Source: a virus. Taken from it: a stretch of 64,000 nucleotides of DNA. How positions within the stretch are numbered: position 1 is the stretch's first letter; the number at the start of each line of letters is the position of its first letter. Positions 1 through 8,844 of the stretch are shown here, in pieces. The notes under the pieces are model-generated. The model saw nothing but the letters and a program-made list of their open reading frames with translations, made no database searches and was not told the origin of the DNA. Position numbers and translations under genes: made by a program. Location of the stretch: the IMG/VR virus record IMGVR_UViG_3300027973_000044, positions 1 to 64,000 of that record; one strand, 5' to 3'.

Positions 1-1
1 C

Positions 2-241
2 TATCTGTCTGGTCTTGACAAGTATAGCGGTCTACTAGAAATGGCTGTTAATCACGGTTTGATCATTCAAACTGGCGCAACATATACTAAGCCAGATGGC
101 ACGAAGCTCGGATATGCAAAGAACTTCACCAAAGATAAGAAGTTCTATGAAGATCTGATCCCACTTCTAGATAAAAAGCTTGAGGCTGCTTACAAATACG
201 GCAATACAACCGGTGAGGCGCCTAATGCTAAAGACGAATAA
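2..241 (+). CDS. uvsX: RecA-like recombinase UvsX, C-terminal fragment (runs off the window start)
   Basis: Frame is open from position 2: YLSGLDKYSGLLEMAVNHGLI.QTGATY, resembling the UvsX C-terminal G(I/L)DxYSGLL(D/E)MA motif; T4-like replication context. Confidence 0.7.
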   Translation, partial: YLSGLDKYSGLLEMAVNHGLIIQTGATYTKPDGTKLGYAKNFTKDKKFYEDLIPLLDKKLEAAYKYGNTTGEAPNAKDE

Positions 242-737
242 TCTTAAGATCGGGTTTAATTGCAGCTCTTTTGACTTGTTACACGCTGGGCATGTAACAA
301 TGCTGAAGATGGAGAAACAGTTATGCGATTATCTCGTGGCTGCTCTCCAGGTTGACCCCACAATTGACAGACCGGGTATAAAGAATAAACCAATTCAAAG
401 TGCTTATGAGCGGTATATACAGCTTCAAGCCTGCAAATATGTGGATGAGATTCTAGTTTATGAAACAGAATTTGATTTGCTTCAGCTTATCAAAACGCAG
501 ACCATACATATTCGATTCTTGAGTGAAGAGTATAAAGATAGAGACTTTACTGGTAAGCAGTATTGCTTGGATAACGGTATTGAAATACACTATCATAAGC
601 GGCAGCATGTATATTCTTCAAGCGAGCTTCGAAGCCGCACTGCTAAATTTGAAAATTTGAAGGATAGTAGTAGCAATATTGTAGTACCCCCTCAATACTC
701 CCCGGAGCTTACAGAGATTTCACATGAGCCGAAATAA
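225..737 (+). CDS. Cytidylyltransferase (TagD/glycerol-3-phosphate cytidylyltransferase-like, HxGH family)
   Basis: SSFDLLHAGHV (HxGH), KPIQSAYER, YVDEI and C-terminal SSSELR motifs; likely start ATG 225 overlapping the uvsX end. Confidence 0.85.
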   Translation: MLKTNNLKIGFNCSSFDLLHAGHVTMLKMEKQLCDYLVAALQVDPTIDRPGIKNKPIQSAYERYIQLQACKYVDEILVYETEFDLLQLIKTQTIHIRFLSEEYKDRDFTGKQYCLDNGIEIHYHKRQHVYSSSELRSRTAKFENLKDSSSNIVVPPQYSPELTEISHEPK

Positions 738-1470
738 GATTGTAGTACCTGTGTCAGGCGGAATGGATAGCGTGGTCCTTCTGCATAAGGCTATTGAGAA
801 GGTTGGGGTTGAAAATGTATTTTGCTTGACATTTAATTACCAGCAAAGACATAATCGAGAATTAGGTTGTGCATTAGATCAAATTCGAGAGGTAGGCTGT
901 CAGGGGCGCTCGCGAACAGTTGATGTTAGTTTCATTAGAGACCTAGCACCCACGAGTAGCTTAACCAATGACAATATTGATACCCCGGATATTCGTGAAA
1001 TTGCTGGTGAAGCTCAACCGAAATCTTATGTACCAAATAGAAACATGATGTTTTTGAGTATTGCTGCTTCTTATGCTGAAGCTGTTGGTGCAGTGACAGT
1101 ATATCATGGTGCAACGAAGGTAGATAGTCTTGCGGGCTATTGGGATGCAAGTCCAGAATTTTTACCAGCAATTAATGCAATTCTTTCTTTGAATCGCGAG
1201 ACACGTATTACTATTGAAGCACCGTTAATTGGGATGGATAAGGCAGATATTATTAAGGAGGGTGTGAGGTTGAAAGTTAAATTCAGCAAGACCTATACAT
1301 GCTACTCTGGGGAAGAACTTTGTGATTCTAATTCCCCAAGCAGTGCGCTAAGGATCAAGGGGTTTGCCAATGCTGGTTATATTGACCCGCTTCCATATAA
1401 ACAAGATTTATCACACATTTGGAAGAAATATAACTGTAGAAAAATAGAATACGACACTTATAATACATAA
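724..1470 (+). CDS. queC: QueC-like 7-cyano-7-deazaguanine synthase family PP-loop ATPase (divergent Zn site)
   Basis: SGGMDS PP-loop, FNYQQRH..E, YVPNRNMMFLSIA, APLI.MDKADI, TYTCY. Confidence 0.85.
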   Translation: MSRNKIVVPVSGGMDSVVLLHKAIEKVGVENVFCLTFNYQQRHNRELGCALDQIREVGCQGRSRTVDVSFIRDLAPTSSLTNDNIDTPDIREIAGEAQPKSYVPNRNMMFLSIAASYAEAVGAVTVYHGATKVDSLAGYWDASPEFLPAINAILSLNRETRITIEAPLIGMDKADIIKEGVRLKVKFSKTYTCYSGEELCDSNSPSSALRIKGFANAGYIDPLPYKQDLSHIWKKYNCRKIEYDTYNT

Positions 1471-2145
1471 ATGTGCGGTATATTTGGTGCCACAGAACGA
1501 GAACGGTTCCTTACGCTTTACAATTTAAATCGTGAGAGAGGAACATTTGCCACCACACTCTGTTTTGTCACACAAAAAGGAGACATGATCGTTCACCGGT
1601 GGAGTGGACCAGTAGATGCAAAGACTGTTGATAAAAAGTTTGATGAAGAAGGGGAGAAGGTCTTATTTTATGTAGGTCATACGCAAGCGCCTACGTCTGC
1701 AAAGAGAAAGTATTCAAAAGACACATCACACCCCTTCACTTCTGGTAATTTTACTGTAGCACATAATGGTGTGTTAACAAATTTTACAGATCTTATATCA
1801 AATTATAAACCGACGTGGAGCAACCCTGTAGATTCGAGCATCATCCCATACATGTTTGCACTGCATGAAGAAGAGCGCAATACAGAGAATAATATTGCTG
1901 CAATTACAACATCTTTAGGTCAACTTGAAGGTACTTTTGGATTATGGATTTACGATTCAAATCGAAGAACAATGTTTTTAGCGAGATGTGGCAGCACACT
2001 CTTTGCCAATGTCTTAACAAATGAATTTAGTAGTATAAAATTTAAGAATAGTGAACCGCTTGAAGAGGGTCATCTCTACCAGTTAACACCTGAAGGTGTA
2101 ACTTCAGTAGCGTTGTTTGACTTTAATAGTCCTTTTTTTACGTAA
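1471..2145 (+). CDS. Class II (Ntn) glutamine amidotransferase domain protein
   Basis: N-terminal MCGIFG (Cys2 nucleophile), RG, GHTQAPT, HPF, VAHNGVL, VDS, LEGTFGL. Confidence 0.85.
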   Translation: MCGIFGATERERFLTLYNLNRERGTFATTLCFVTQKGDMIVHRWSGPVDAKTVDKKFDEEGEKVLFYVGHTQAPTSAKRKYSKDTSHPFTSGNFTVAHNGVLTNFTDLISNYKPTWSNPVDSSIIPYMFALHEEERNTENNIAAITTSLGQLEGTFGLWIYDSNRRTMFLARCGSTLFANVLTNEFSSIKFKNSEPLEEGHLYQLTPEGVTSVALFDFNSPFFT

Positions 2146-3084
2146 TTAGACCGAGCTAAACTTATCGAAATCATCAAACCCGCTAGCACGGTTCCATGTG
2201 CCAAGATCTCTCAGAATATCTACCGGGGTTTGGTCCTCGCCACCATCAACAGTAGGTATTTCACCTGTTCCTTCACCTTCCTTGCTAGCAGCGGCATCCG
2301 ATTTAACAAAAGCGTTTTTAAATTTTAAACTGTCAACAAGGTCACCCACAAACTCTTTATCGCTAGCTTTTTGTGCATCATAAGCTTGCATTATGGCATC
2401 TCTTACTGCAGACACAAACTCTGGTGAAGAGTATAGATCTTTGCCTGCTATAACACTGATTTCATCAGGCATCTCTGCATAAACTTTTTGAAATTCGGGA
2501 ATAAATTTAGCAGCACCTCTCACGTAAGTATCTTCTGTTGAAGCAGCTGCAGGAGCGGCAGGTGCATCAGCTGTCTTCACAGCTTGTTTGACCTTAATAA
2601 CACTCTTCACAGGTGCAACAACACCTTTGCCACCCACTGCATAATCTCTATAAAACCCACCAAGATTGGCGATCACACGGGCTGTATAGCCTTTGAGTGC
2701 ATCACTGCTGGGAACCTTTAATTCAGGGTTACGAATCTTCAAATCATTCAGGGCCAATTTAACTGCATCTTTGATTTGCTGTCTGAATTGGTCTTCATTT
2801 GTTGAAGGGTTGACATAACCAACCTCTTTGCCGTTAATCACGGCCTGTTTCTGCTTGAAAAGCCGCGGAAAAATTGCCGCCGTCAACATATCTGCAGCTT
2901 CCTCTTTTGAAATGTTGAGACTATCCGCAATAGCACCAATCAAATAACCACCCCCGGGTGCTGTACCTATTTTCTTCCTAATTTCAGGCTCACCGCCACC
3001 TGCCCAATCTGTGCCAATATCGAGTTCATTGATAAGAATATTTTGCTTGTAAGCTTCAAAGATTAGTTTAGAGTCATTATTCAT
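2146..3084 (-). CDS. Hypothetical late protein, possible internal head protein
   Basis: 312 aa ORF; TATAAATA upstream; N-terminus MNNDSKLIFEAY..ILINE. Confidence 0.6.
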   Translation of the reverse strand: MNNDSKLIFEAYKQNILINELDIGTDWAGGGEPEIRKKIGTAPGGGYLIGAIADSLNISKEEAADMLTAAIFPRLFKQKQAVINGKEVGYVNPSTNEDQFRQQIKDAVKLALNDLKIRNPELKVPSSDALKGYTARVIANLGGFYRDYAVGGKGVVAPVKSVIKVKQAVKTADAPAAPAAASTEDTYVRGAAKFIPEFQKVYAEMPDEISVIAGKDLYSSPEFVSAVRDAIMQAYDAQKASDKEFVGDLVDSLKFKNAFVKSDAAASKEGEGTGEIPTVDGGEDQTPVDILRDLGTWNRASGFDDFDKFSSV

Positions 3085-3090
3085 AGATAC

Positions 3091-3118
3091 TTGATTATTT
3101 ATATGTTTCTAGTATAAT
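3091..3118 (+). promoter_or_regulatory. Sigma70-like early promoter
   Basis: TTGATT-N16-TATAAT, ATG 3128 nine nt downstream. Confidence 0.6.
3096..3103 (-). promoter_or_regulatory. T4-type late promoter TATAAATA
   Basis: Exact TATAAATA on the minus strand, 11 nt upstream of ATG 3084. Confidence 0.7.
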
Positions 3119-3127
3119 TTTAATGGT

Positions 3128-3778
3128 ATGATTGCTATATACTCCCTAAGTCCATTGAAATCTCGCTGTCTTCTAGAAGAAACTCTGCCACTCTCAGACG
3201 ATGTGGTGCTCAATGTAAAATACAATAATACTACCGTTGGCCTTTGTGAATATTATAATTCTATTATTGAAAATGAAGAGAATGACAAGTATGATGCGGT
3301 AATTTGCTGTCACCATGATATATCTCTGCGATATGCAAATTTCCAAACAGGGGTCACAGATGCTCTCAAGCTTTACGATGTTGTTGGAGTTGCTGGTGGC
3401 AGAGCTCCAAAAGTAATAGAAAAGAATTTATGGCATTGGATGACACCCAGAGAAGAATATCGCGGAATTGCTGCGCATGGTGATTCTATTCATAATATGT
3501 TTGTGACAAACTTTGGTGCAACACCAAGCCGGGTAACTGTACTTGACGGTGTGTTCCTGGCATTTAATACTAAAAAAATTCGTAGAACTAAAGCACGTTT
3601 TGATGAGAAATTTATGTGGCATCATTATGATATAGATTTTAGCTTGACTTGTAACGCAAATAAGCTTAAATTAGGTGTGTGGCCTATTCTAATCTATCAT
3701 CAAAGCCCGGGGCTTCGAGATATGAATAACGAGCACTGGAACAAGAGTAACGAGTATTTTAGGAATAAATGGAGCTGA
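3128..3778 (+). CDS. GT2-like glycosyltransferase (StrF-like)
   Basis: YNSII..., CCHHDI (DxD-like position), VVGVAG, VLDGVFLA, FDEKFMWHHYDIDFSL, H.SPG. Confidence 0.7.
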   Translation: MIAIYSLSPLKSRCLLEETLPLSDDVVLNVKYNNTTVGLCEYYNSIIENEENDKYDAVICCHHDISLRYANFQTGVTDALKLYDVVGVAGGRAPKVIEKNLWHWMTPREEYRGIAAHGDSIHNMFVTNFGATPSRVTVLDGVFLAFNTKKIRRTKARFDEKFMWHHYDIDFSLTCNANKLKLGVWPILIYHQSPGLRDMNNEHWNKSNEYFRNKWS

Positions 3779-5106
3779 ACGAAAAGAAAGTTTTAGATTT
3801 AGATTTCTATGAAACGGTTATTGCTTATAACTGTTTGCTGGACTCTACGTACCTATCTTCCATTGTAGATTACCTGGATGTACGGTTTTTTAAAAATCGA
3901 GATATTAAAAGTATTGTATCGATTATCATTAAATTTTTTAAAGAACGCGGCACAGTGCCAACACAAACTGAAATCAAAGCCTATCTTGTTTCAGATGATC
4001 TCAAAGAGAGTTTCAAGCGAATGGTCGGGCTGTTTATTGATATTGATAAAAAATTTGATAAGACAGAATTAACTGACAATACAGAGCTTTTCTTGAAAGA
4101 GAAAGCTGTCTATCATGCTTTGCTGGATGCTGCAGAAAAACTGGATTCCAAGCAACTCAATACAGCTGAATTGTTAACAAGAATTGAGAAAGCTGTTGGT
4201 GTTAATCTTTCGCAAAACATGGGCATAGAACTTTTTAGCGAGATTGATGATTTTATCAAAGATTTGCATAGTGAAGAGCCACATATTAAAACGGGGTGGA
4301 AATGGCTTGATAATAAACTGGGTGGTGGGTTTCTTGAAAACGGAAGATCGCTGTATGTCTTTGCCGGTGAAACGAATGTTGGAAAGAGTATCTTTCTCGG
4401 TAATATCGCCACCAATATAGCTCTCTGTGGAAAAACAGTGCTTCTAATCTCTCTTGAGATGAGTGAAATGATGTATGCGCGAAGACTTTCCTCCTCAATA
4501 ACAAGCATACCGCTGAGCCATCTTAAGGCAGAATCTGATAACCTCCGTCAACTGATTACACAGATAGCTCAAGGCAAAAAATCTAAAATTATTATTAAAG
4601 AGTTCCCACCATCAACACTCACACCGCATCAGCTCAAGAGTTATGTAAAAAAACTTATTCAAAGAGGCATCAAGCCAGATGCTATAGTTTTAGATTATTT
4701 GAACCTACTGCATAGCCCATTAGGTAATAACAGTTATGAGCGTGTATTGTATGCAGCACAACAGACTCGTGCTCTAAGCTACGAATTAAACTGTCCAATT
4801 ATTTCTGCCACTCAGTTGAACAGATCTGGATATAATGTTGATAATCCTGGTCTTGAGACAATTTCTGAGAGTATTGGTTTGGCTACAACATCAGATGCAA
4901 TTGTATCTATTTGGCAGAAAGATGAAGATAAGGAACTTGGCATTATTAACATAGGCATGTCAAAGAACCGCTTTGGTCCAAACTTCGGAAGCATAGCACT
5001 CAAGATTGACTACAACACTCTGCAAATTACAGAAGATGATACGATCAATGAGAGCGAAGAGGCACGTGAGTTCTCCAAAACATTAACCACTTTGAGTGAG
5101 ACATAA
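3769..5106 (+). CDS. gp41: Replicative DnaB-like helicase (T4 gp41-like)
   Basis: Walker A GETNVGKS, SLEMSE, IKEFPP, VLDYLNL, SATQLNRSGY, ISESIGL, KNRFG. Confidence 0.93.
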   Translation: MELNEKKVLDLDFYETVIAYNCLLDSTYLSSIVDYLDVRFFKNRDIKSIVSIIIKFFKERGTVPTQTEIKAYLVSDDLKESFKRMVGLFIDIDKKFDKTELTDNTELFLKEKAVYHALLDAAEKLDSKQLNTAELLTRIEKAVGVNLSQNMGIELFSEIDDFIKDLHSEEPHIKTGWKWLDNKLGGGFLENGRSLYVFAGETNVGKSIFLGNIATNIALCGKTVLLISLEMSEMMYARRLSSSITSIPLSHLKAESDNLRQLITQIAQGKKSKIIIKEFPPSTLTPHQLKSYVKKLIQRGIKPDAIVLDYLNLLHSPLGNNSYERVLYAAQQTRALSYELNCPIISATQLNRSGYNVDNPGLETISESIGLATTSDAIVSIWQKDEDKELGIINIGMSKNRFGPNFGSIALKIDYNTLQITEDDTINESEEAREFSKTLTTLSET

Positions 5107-5156
5107 AGTCACAATAGGCGGGATTTTGCATGTTAATGTGATAAATCCATTACGAT

Positions 5157-5423
5157 ATGAATTTCAACAACATACACCGCGAAGAAACAGATCACTTGTT
5201 TAGATCTTTTTGCAGCTTTGTGTGTATATCCTTCAATAAAAAATACAATCTTGCCAATATTCTATTGCTATATCTGCAAAACAAAAATATTAAGAACTTA
5301 TTCAAAGCAATATTAGATATTGAAAGTGATGTTCTAGCAGTTAAAATATTCTTAGAGTTTGACCCCTCGCTATGCAAAAGCAAATACATCATGAAGTACC
5401 TGAACAGTCACAGATCTAGATGA
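5157..5423 (+). CDS. Hypothetical protein
   Basis: 88 aa ORF with ATGA overlap into the next gene. Confidence 0.6.
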   Translation: MNFNNIHREETDHLFRSFCSFVCISFNKKYNLANILLLYLQNKNIKNLFKAILDIESDVLAVKIFLEFDPSLCKSKYIMKYLNSHRSR

Positions 5424-6064
5424 TTTCGGAAAAAATAATCTACAATACATTCTTAAGAATTTCTCGCACCCAGAGTGGGCTTCCGTTTAGGTTGAGAAAA
5501 CAGTGGCATGGCTTTGAAGAGACCCCTTACTATCCACAAGTTATAAGATTAAAAAACTTTTTCACCCGAAATAGGAGTGTTGATATTATGGAGTTTTTCA
5601 ATGCACCATATACTGTCTATCCAGGTGAGAGTGGATTTGATCTTACTTTTTATTCATCACCAAAAGCAATCAAAGTATACACAATAGCTCAAAAGAAAAA
5701 ATTATTGCTACCACCAGACGATACTTACCATCTGAACAATATTGCAAAAGGACTGAAATATATTCAGAGATTCTGCTCAGATAAAGGCACAGCTGTCACT
5801 GACTATATTAATCATAAGGAAGGCATTCAAAGCAGTTATATTGTCCATCTCAAGGAACGAAAGATCAGCATCTACAATCTATTTGCTTTTGGTGATTTCG
5901 AGCGAAACTTCAGCCAGCATGACCCAGATCTATTAAGATTTACATTAGGAGATATCTACGATAATATAGCAGTGTTCAGAACTAAATTCTTGACTAGTAA
6001 GTCGGCAAAACTGCTGGCCAAGCAAGGGCTAGAAAAAATTAAAAATAATAACAAAACTAGTTGA
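5420..6064 (+). CDS. Hypothetical protein; size and position (between helicase and SSB) compatible with a gp59-like helicase loader
   Basis: 214 aa basic, aromatic-rich ORF; functional guess from synteny only. Confidence 0.45.
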   Translation: MISEKIIYNTFLRISRTQSGLPFRLRKQWHGFEETPYYPQVIRLKNFFTRNRSVDIMEFFNAPYTVYPGESGFDLTFYSSPKAIKVYTIAQKKKLLLPPDDTYHLNNIAKGLKYIQRFCSDKGTAVTDYINHKEGIQSSYIVHLKERKISIYNLFAFGDFERNFSQHDPDLLRFTLGDIYDNIAVFRTKFLTSKSAKLLAKQGLEKIKNNNKTS

Positions 6065-6088
6065 TTATCTCTAAAAAGCCATTAGTAT
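6061..6088 (+). promoter_or_regulatory. Sigma70-like early promoter of the SSB gene
   Basis: TTGATT-N16-TAGTAT, ATG 6097 eight nt downstream. Confidence 0.5.
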
Positions 6089-6096
6089 TAATTAAT

Positions 6097-6957
6097 ATGA
6101 GTACAATTACCAAATCGATGTTCGAGAGTATTAAAACAGCTCTCGTTAAAAATAATCCGCAACAATCTCGCAATAAGGATATTCTGAAGTGCGAAGTGGG
6201 GAATACTTACACTGTTCGTCTTATTCCCAATACTGCTAATCCTGAGAAAACTTTCTTCCATTACTATACGTTTGGATGGACTAGTTTTTGCACAGGTCAA
6301 TATGTAGGCGCTGTGAGCCCGTCCAGCTTTGGTGGTCGTGATCCAATTGCTGAGTACCGCTATAAAATTCTTAAGACTGGCACAGAAGATGAGAAGCAAA
6401 AGGCTCGTGCTATTCTTCGCTCTGAGAAATGGCTTGTTAACGCCTATGTTATCAACGATCCTGTTACACCTGAGAATAACGGTAAAACCATGATTGTCCG
6501 GTATGGCAAACAGCTTCATAAGATTATCATGGATGCTATTGAAGGTGAAGGTGCTGAAGACTTTGGTCTCAAGATCTTTGATCTCTCTGAAAAAGGATGC
6601 AATCTCAAGATCAAGGTTGAGCAGCAAGGTGATTACCCAACCTACGTGAGTAGCAAGTTCACCATGCCCAAGGCAATCGAAGGATTGGATAAATCCAAAG
6701 TGGATGATCTCTACAAGAGTATCATTGATCTTGAGGCTGTATTACCTGCAAGAAGCTACGATGAATTGAATAATATGCTTGCCGAACATTACTTCTGTTC
6801 TGCAGAGGCTACAGCAGAAGCAAAGCCAGCTGCAAAAACTACAGCTGCGGCCAAGCCTAAGCAGGATGCACCTACTTCAGGAAAGAACGCTGAGGATTTG
6901 CTTGAAGATGATACTGTGAAGCAGCTTCTCGCAGGTCTGGACGGACCTAGTAGCTAA
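6097..6957 (+). CDS. gp32: Single-stranded DNA-binding protein (T4 gp32-like)
   Basis: VRLIP, DPIAE, NAYVINDPVTPENNGK..I.RYGKQL, IFDL...G.NLKIKV, YVSSKF, acidic C-terminal tail; start refined to ATG 6097. Confidence 0.88.
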   Translation: MSTITKSMFESIKTALVKNNPQQSRNKDILKCEVGNTYTVRLIPNTANPEKTFFHYYTFGWTSFCTGQYVGAVSPSSFGGRDPIAEYRYKILKTGTEDEKQKARAILRSEKWLVNAYVINDPVTPENNGKTMIVRYGKQLHKIIMDAIEGEGAEDFGLKIFDLSEKGCNLKIKVEQQGDYPTYVSSKFTMPKAIEGLDKSKVDDLYKSIIDLEAVLPARSYDELNNMLAEHYFCSAEATAEAKPAAKTTAAAKPKQDAPTSGKNAEDLLEDDTVKQLLAGLDGPSS

Positions 6958-7394
6958 TGGACGGCTTGGTAGATCTTTCACCTGACGATCCAAGAGCAAA
7001 AGAAGCTCTGATCGGTTTGATTGGCTCGACCTTTGCACAATTAAAGGAAATTGATAGCAATGTTGTTGGTGGTTCGAACAATATCAGAGCTTTAAAAACT
7101 GATGTTAAAGGCATGATTGAAAGCGTGGTGCGTCGGCCGCAACAACAACCTGCACCGATGCCTAACGTCCCGGCGGTGCAACTCACACCCACATATGTGT
7201 CTCCTGCCCCTACACATACCGTGGTTGCAGCAGGCATTAATGTACCTGTTCAATCAGCGCCACCGGTATCACAGGAAGATCCAAATCAACTTGTGTTTGA
7301 TTTTAGTAAAAAAATTACACCAGATACAGTTAATGATAAGTTGGATAGAATTATATCCAAGCTAGATAGAGTGATAGAACTGTTTAAGAATTAA
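6957..7394 (+). CDS. Hypothetical protein (Pro/Gln-rich middle, coiled-coil C-terminus)
   Basis: 145 aa; TAATG coupling to gp32; DPNQLVFDF motif. Confidence 0.65.
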   Translation: MDGLVDLSPDDPRAKEALIGLIGSTFAQLKEIDSNVVGGSNNIRALKTDVKGMIESVVRRPQQQPAPMPNVPAVQLTPTYVSPAPTHTVVAAGINVPVQSAPPVSQEDPNQLVFDFSKKITPDTVNDKLDRIISKLDRVIELFKN

Positions 7395-7422
7395 TTGCAT
7401 TCTATTGCCTTCTTACTATAAT
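7395..7422 (+). promoter_or_regulatory. Sigma70-like early promoter
   Basis: TTGCAT-N16-TATAAT, GTG 7429 six nt downstream. Confidence 0.6.
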
Positions 7423-7428
7423 AAGACT

Positions 7429-8157
7429 GTGAATGTTTTTATACCAGATAAAAAATTATTTATAAATAGCTTTTTATCACCTATCAGCAAGATCAATGAT
7501 AGCTGCGTAATTCATGTAAAAGATGTGGGGTTACAGTGTACTGTCTGTACAGCAGACTCCTCAGTCATACTTCATACGCATTATAAATTGCCACTCGACG
7601 TTGAAGAGCCCCTGTGTTTAAATATTGCTGATATTAAGAAAGTTGCTAAAGCTTTTGAATGTGTGAGCACTGATACTTTTACCTTTGCAATTGACCGTAA
7701 TAATATTAGCTACAGCGGGCCAGAGATTAAGTTTAAATACCATCTTTTAGAGAATGGAATTATTACGCAACCGAAAATTAATATTGATAAAATCGATAAT
7801 CTAGATTTTCCAATTAACTTCACTGTTCCATATAAAACTGTAATTGAGCTTCTCCGCGGTAGCACTTTCACAACTGAAAGTAATAAAGTTTATCTACATT
7901 CAAAGGACGGTAAAATTTACGGAGATTTAACTGACCGTGCAAGGCATAATGTTGACAGCATGTCAATTCCTCTGTGTGAATATGCGGGCCCAGAGCTACA
8001 AGATATTTGCTTGAACTTCGAATTGATCAGAATAATTAGTAGTGTGAGGGTGAAGCAGTTAGAATGTAAGATTAATCCAAAACTTGGAGTAATTCTATTC
8101 CAGGTTAATGATAATATTATAAAAACACGCTACATAGCCTCCTCTTTAATCAAATGA
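7429..8157 (+). CDS. gp45: DNA polymerase sliding clamp (T4 gp45-like)
   Basis: About 242 aa; PCNA/gp45-like pattern (LNIADIKK, IKFKYHL, LNFELIR, final Y(I)ASSL strand); replication context. Confidence 0.7.
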   Translation: MNVFIPDKKLFINSFLSPISKINDSCVIHVKDVGLQCTVCTADSSVILHTHYKLPLDVEEPLCLNIADIKKVAKAFECVSTDTFTFAIDRNNISYSGPEIKFKYHLLENGIITQPKINIDKIDNLDFPINFTVPYKTVIELLRGSTFTTESNKVYLHSKDGKIYGDLTDRARHNVDSMSIPLCEYAGPELQDICLNFELIRIISSVRVKQLECKINPKLGVILFQVNDNIIKTRYIASSLIK

Positions 8158-8525
8158 ACACACCTAAAAATAAAATAAAAACTCCAGGATATTTCATGAA
8201 ACGTCTACGCGATAACGGCTTCATTGTGTTGAAGGTGTTTAACGCGTACAGTACACATGATCCTCGTAGATGGACTGTGCTTGTTGATCCAGGCGGCTCA
8301 TCAGTCTTCATCACATGCTTTACAAATAAAGACTTTATGAATGATGTCATGTTTGAACTAAATGATGGTGGTCTTCTATTCAATAAAAACTATAGTATTA
8401 AAACGGATAGTATTGAGGTTATTATCAAGTATCTTTTGGAACGCGGCGTAAACAATGATCCAAGAAAAAGCCCGTTCTATGCAGAGAGACCTAAATATAA
8501 TCGTGAAGAACCCCAAAAAATCTAA
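8154..8525 (+). CDS. Hypothetical phage protein
   Basis: 123 aa, overlapping the clamp stop; YFMKRLRDNGF, DPRRWTVLVDPG. Confidence 0.65.
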   Translation: MNTPKNKIKTPGYFMKRLRDNGFIVLKVFNAYSTHDPRRWTVLVDPGGSSVFITCFTNKDFMNDVMFELNDGGLLFNKNYSIKTDSIEVIIKYLLERGVNNDPRKSPFYAERPKYNREEPQKI

Positions 8526-8844
8526 AGGTGATAACATGGATAATAGCAAAGCTCAGCACACACATAAACAAGACAAGAAGCAAGTCGAAGAGCTTATCAG
8601 ATCGGCAATGCAAGATTTTCTAGTTAGAAAATCTGGTTTAAATCTCGAAAAAACAAAAAATCTACAAAATCTTGTGTCTCTGATCTCTGAATACCTGAGT
8701 GCGTTTATTATTATTGGTTATGATGTTTCCGGTGAATCGGTAAACTTAGTACATGCTACAAACCAGATGGACGCTGATGCGCTTTCTGCAGCTATAAACA
8801 AGTTTCTCATTCATTCCACAAGCAATACACCTGAGGGTAAATGA
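8503..8844 (+). CDS. Hypothetical protein
   Basis: ORF 8455-8844; likely GTG start at 8503 just after CTAAATA (or ATG 8536). Confidence 0.55.
   Translation: MKNPKKSKGDNMDNSKAQHTHKQDKKQVEELIRSAMQDFLVRKSGLNLEKTKNLQNLVSLISEYLSAFIIIGYDVSGESVNLVHATNQMDADALSAAINKFLIHSTSNTPEGK

Noticed and set aside
5109-5141. TCACA...TGTGA inverted repeat as a CRP-like site
   Set aside because: Orientation and spacing do not fit a CRP box; likely chance
6088-6627. 179 aa antisense ORF, and similar shadow ORFs at 4113-4508, 53435-53902, 54047-54586 and 13898-14317
   Set aside because: They lie opposite well-supported genes and have no motifs or promoters; expected from codon bias
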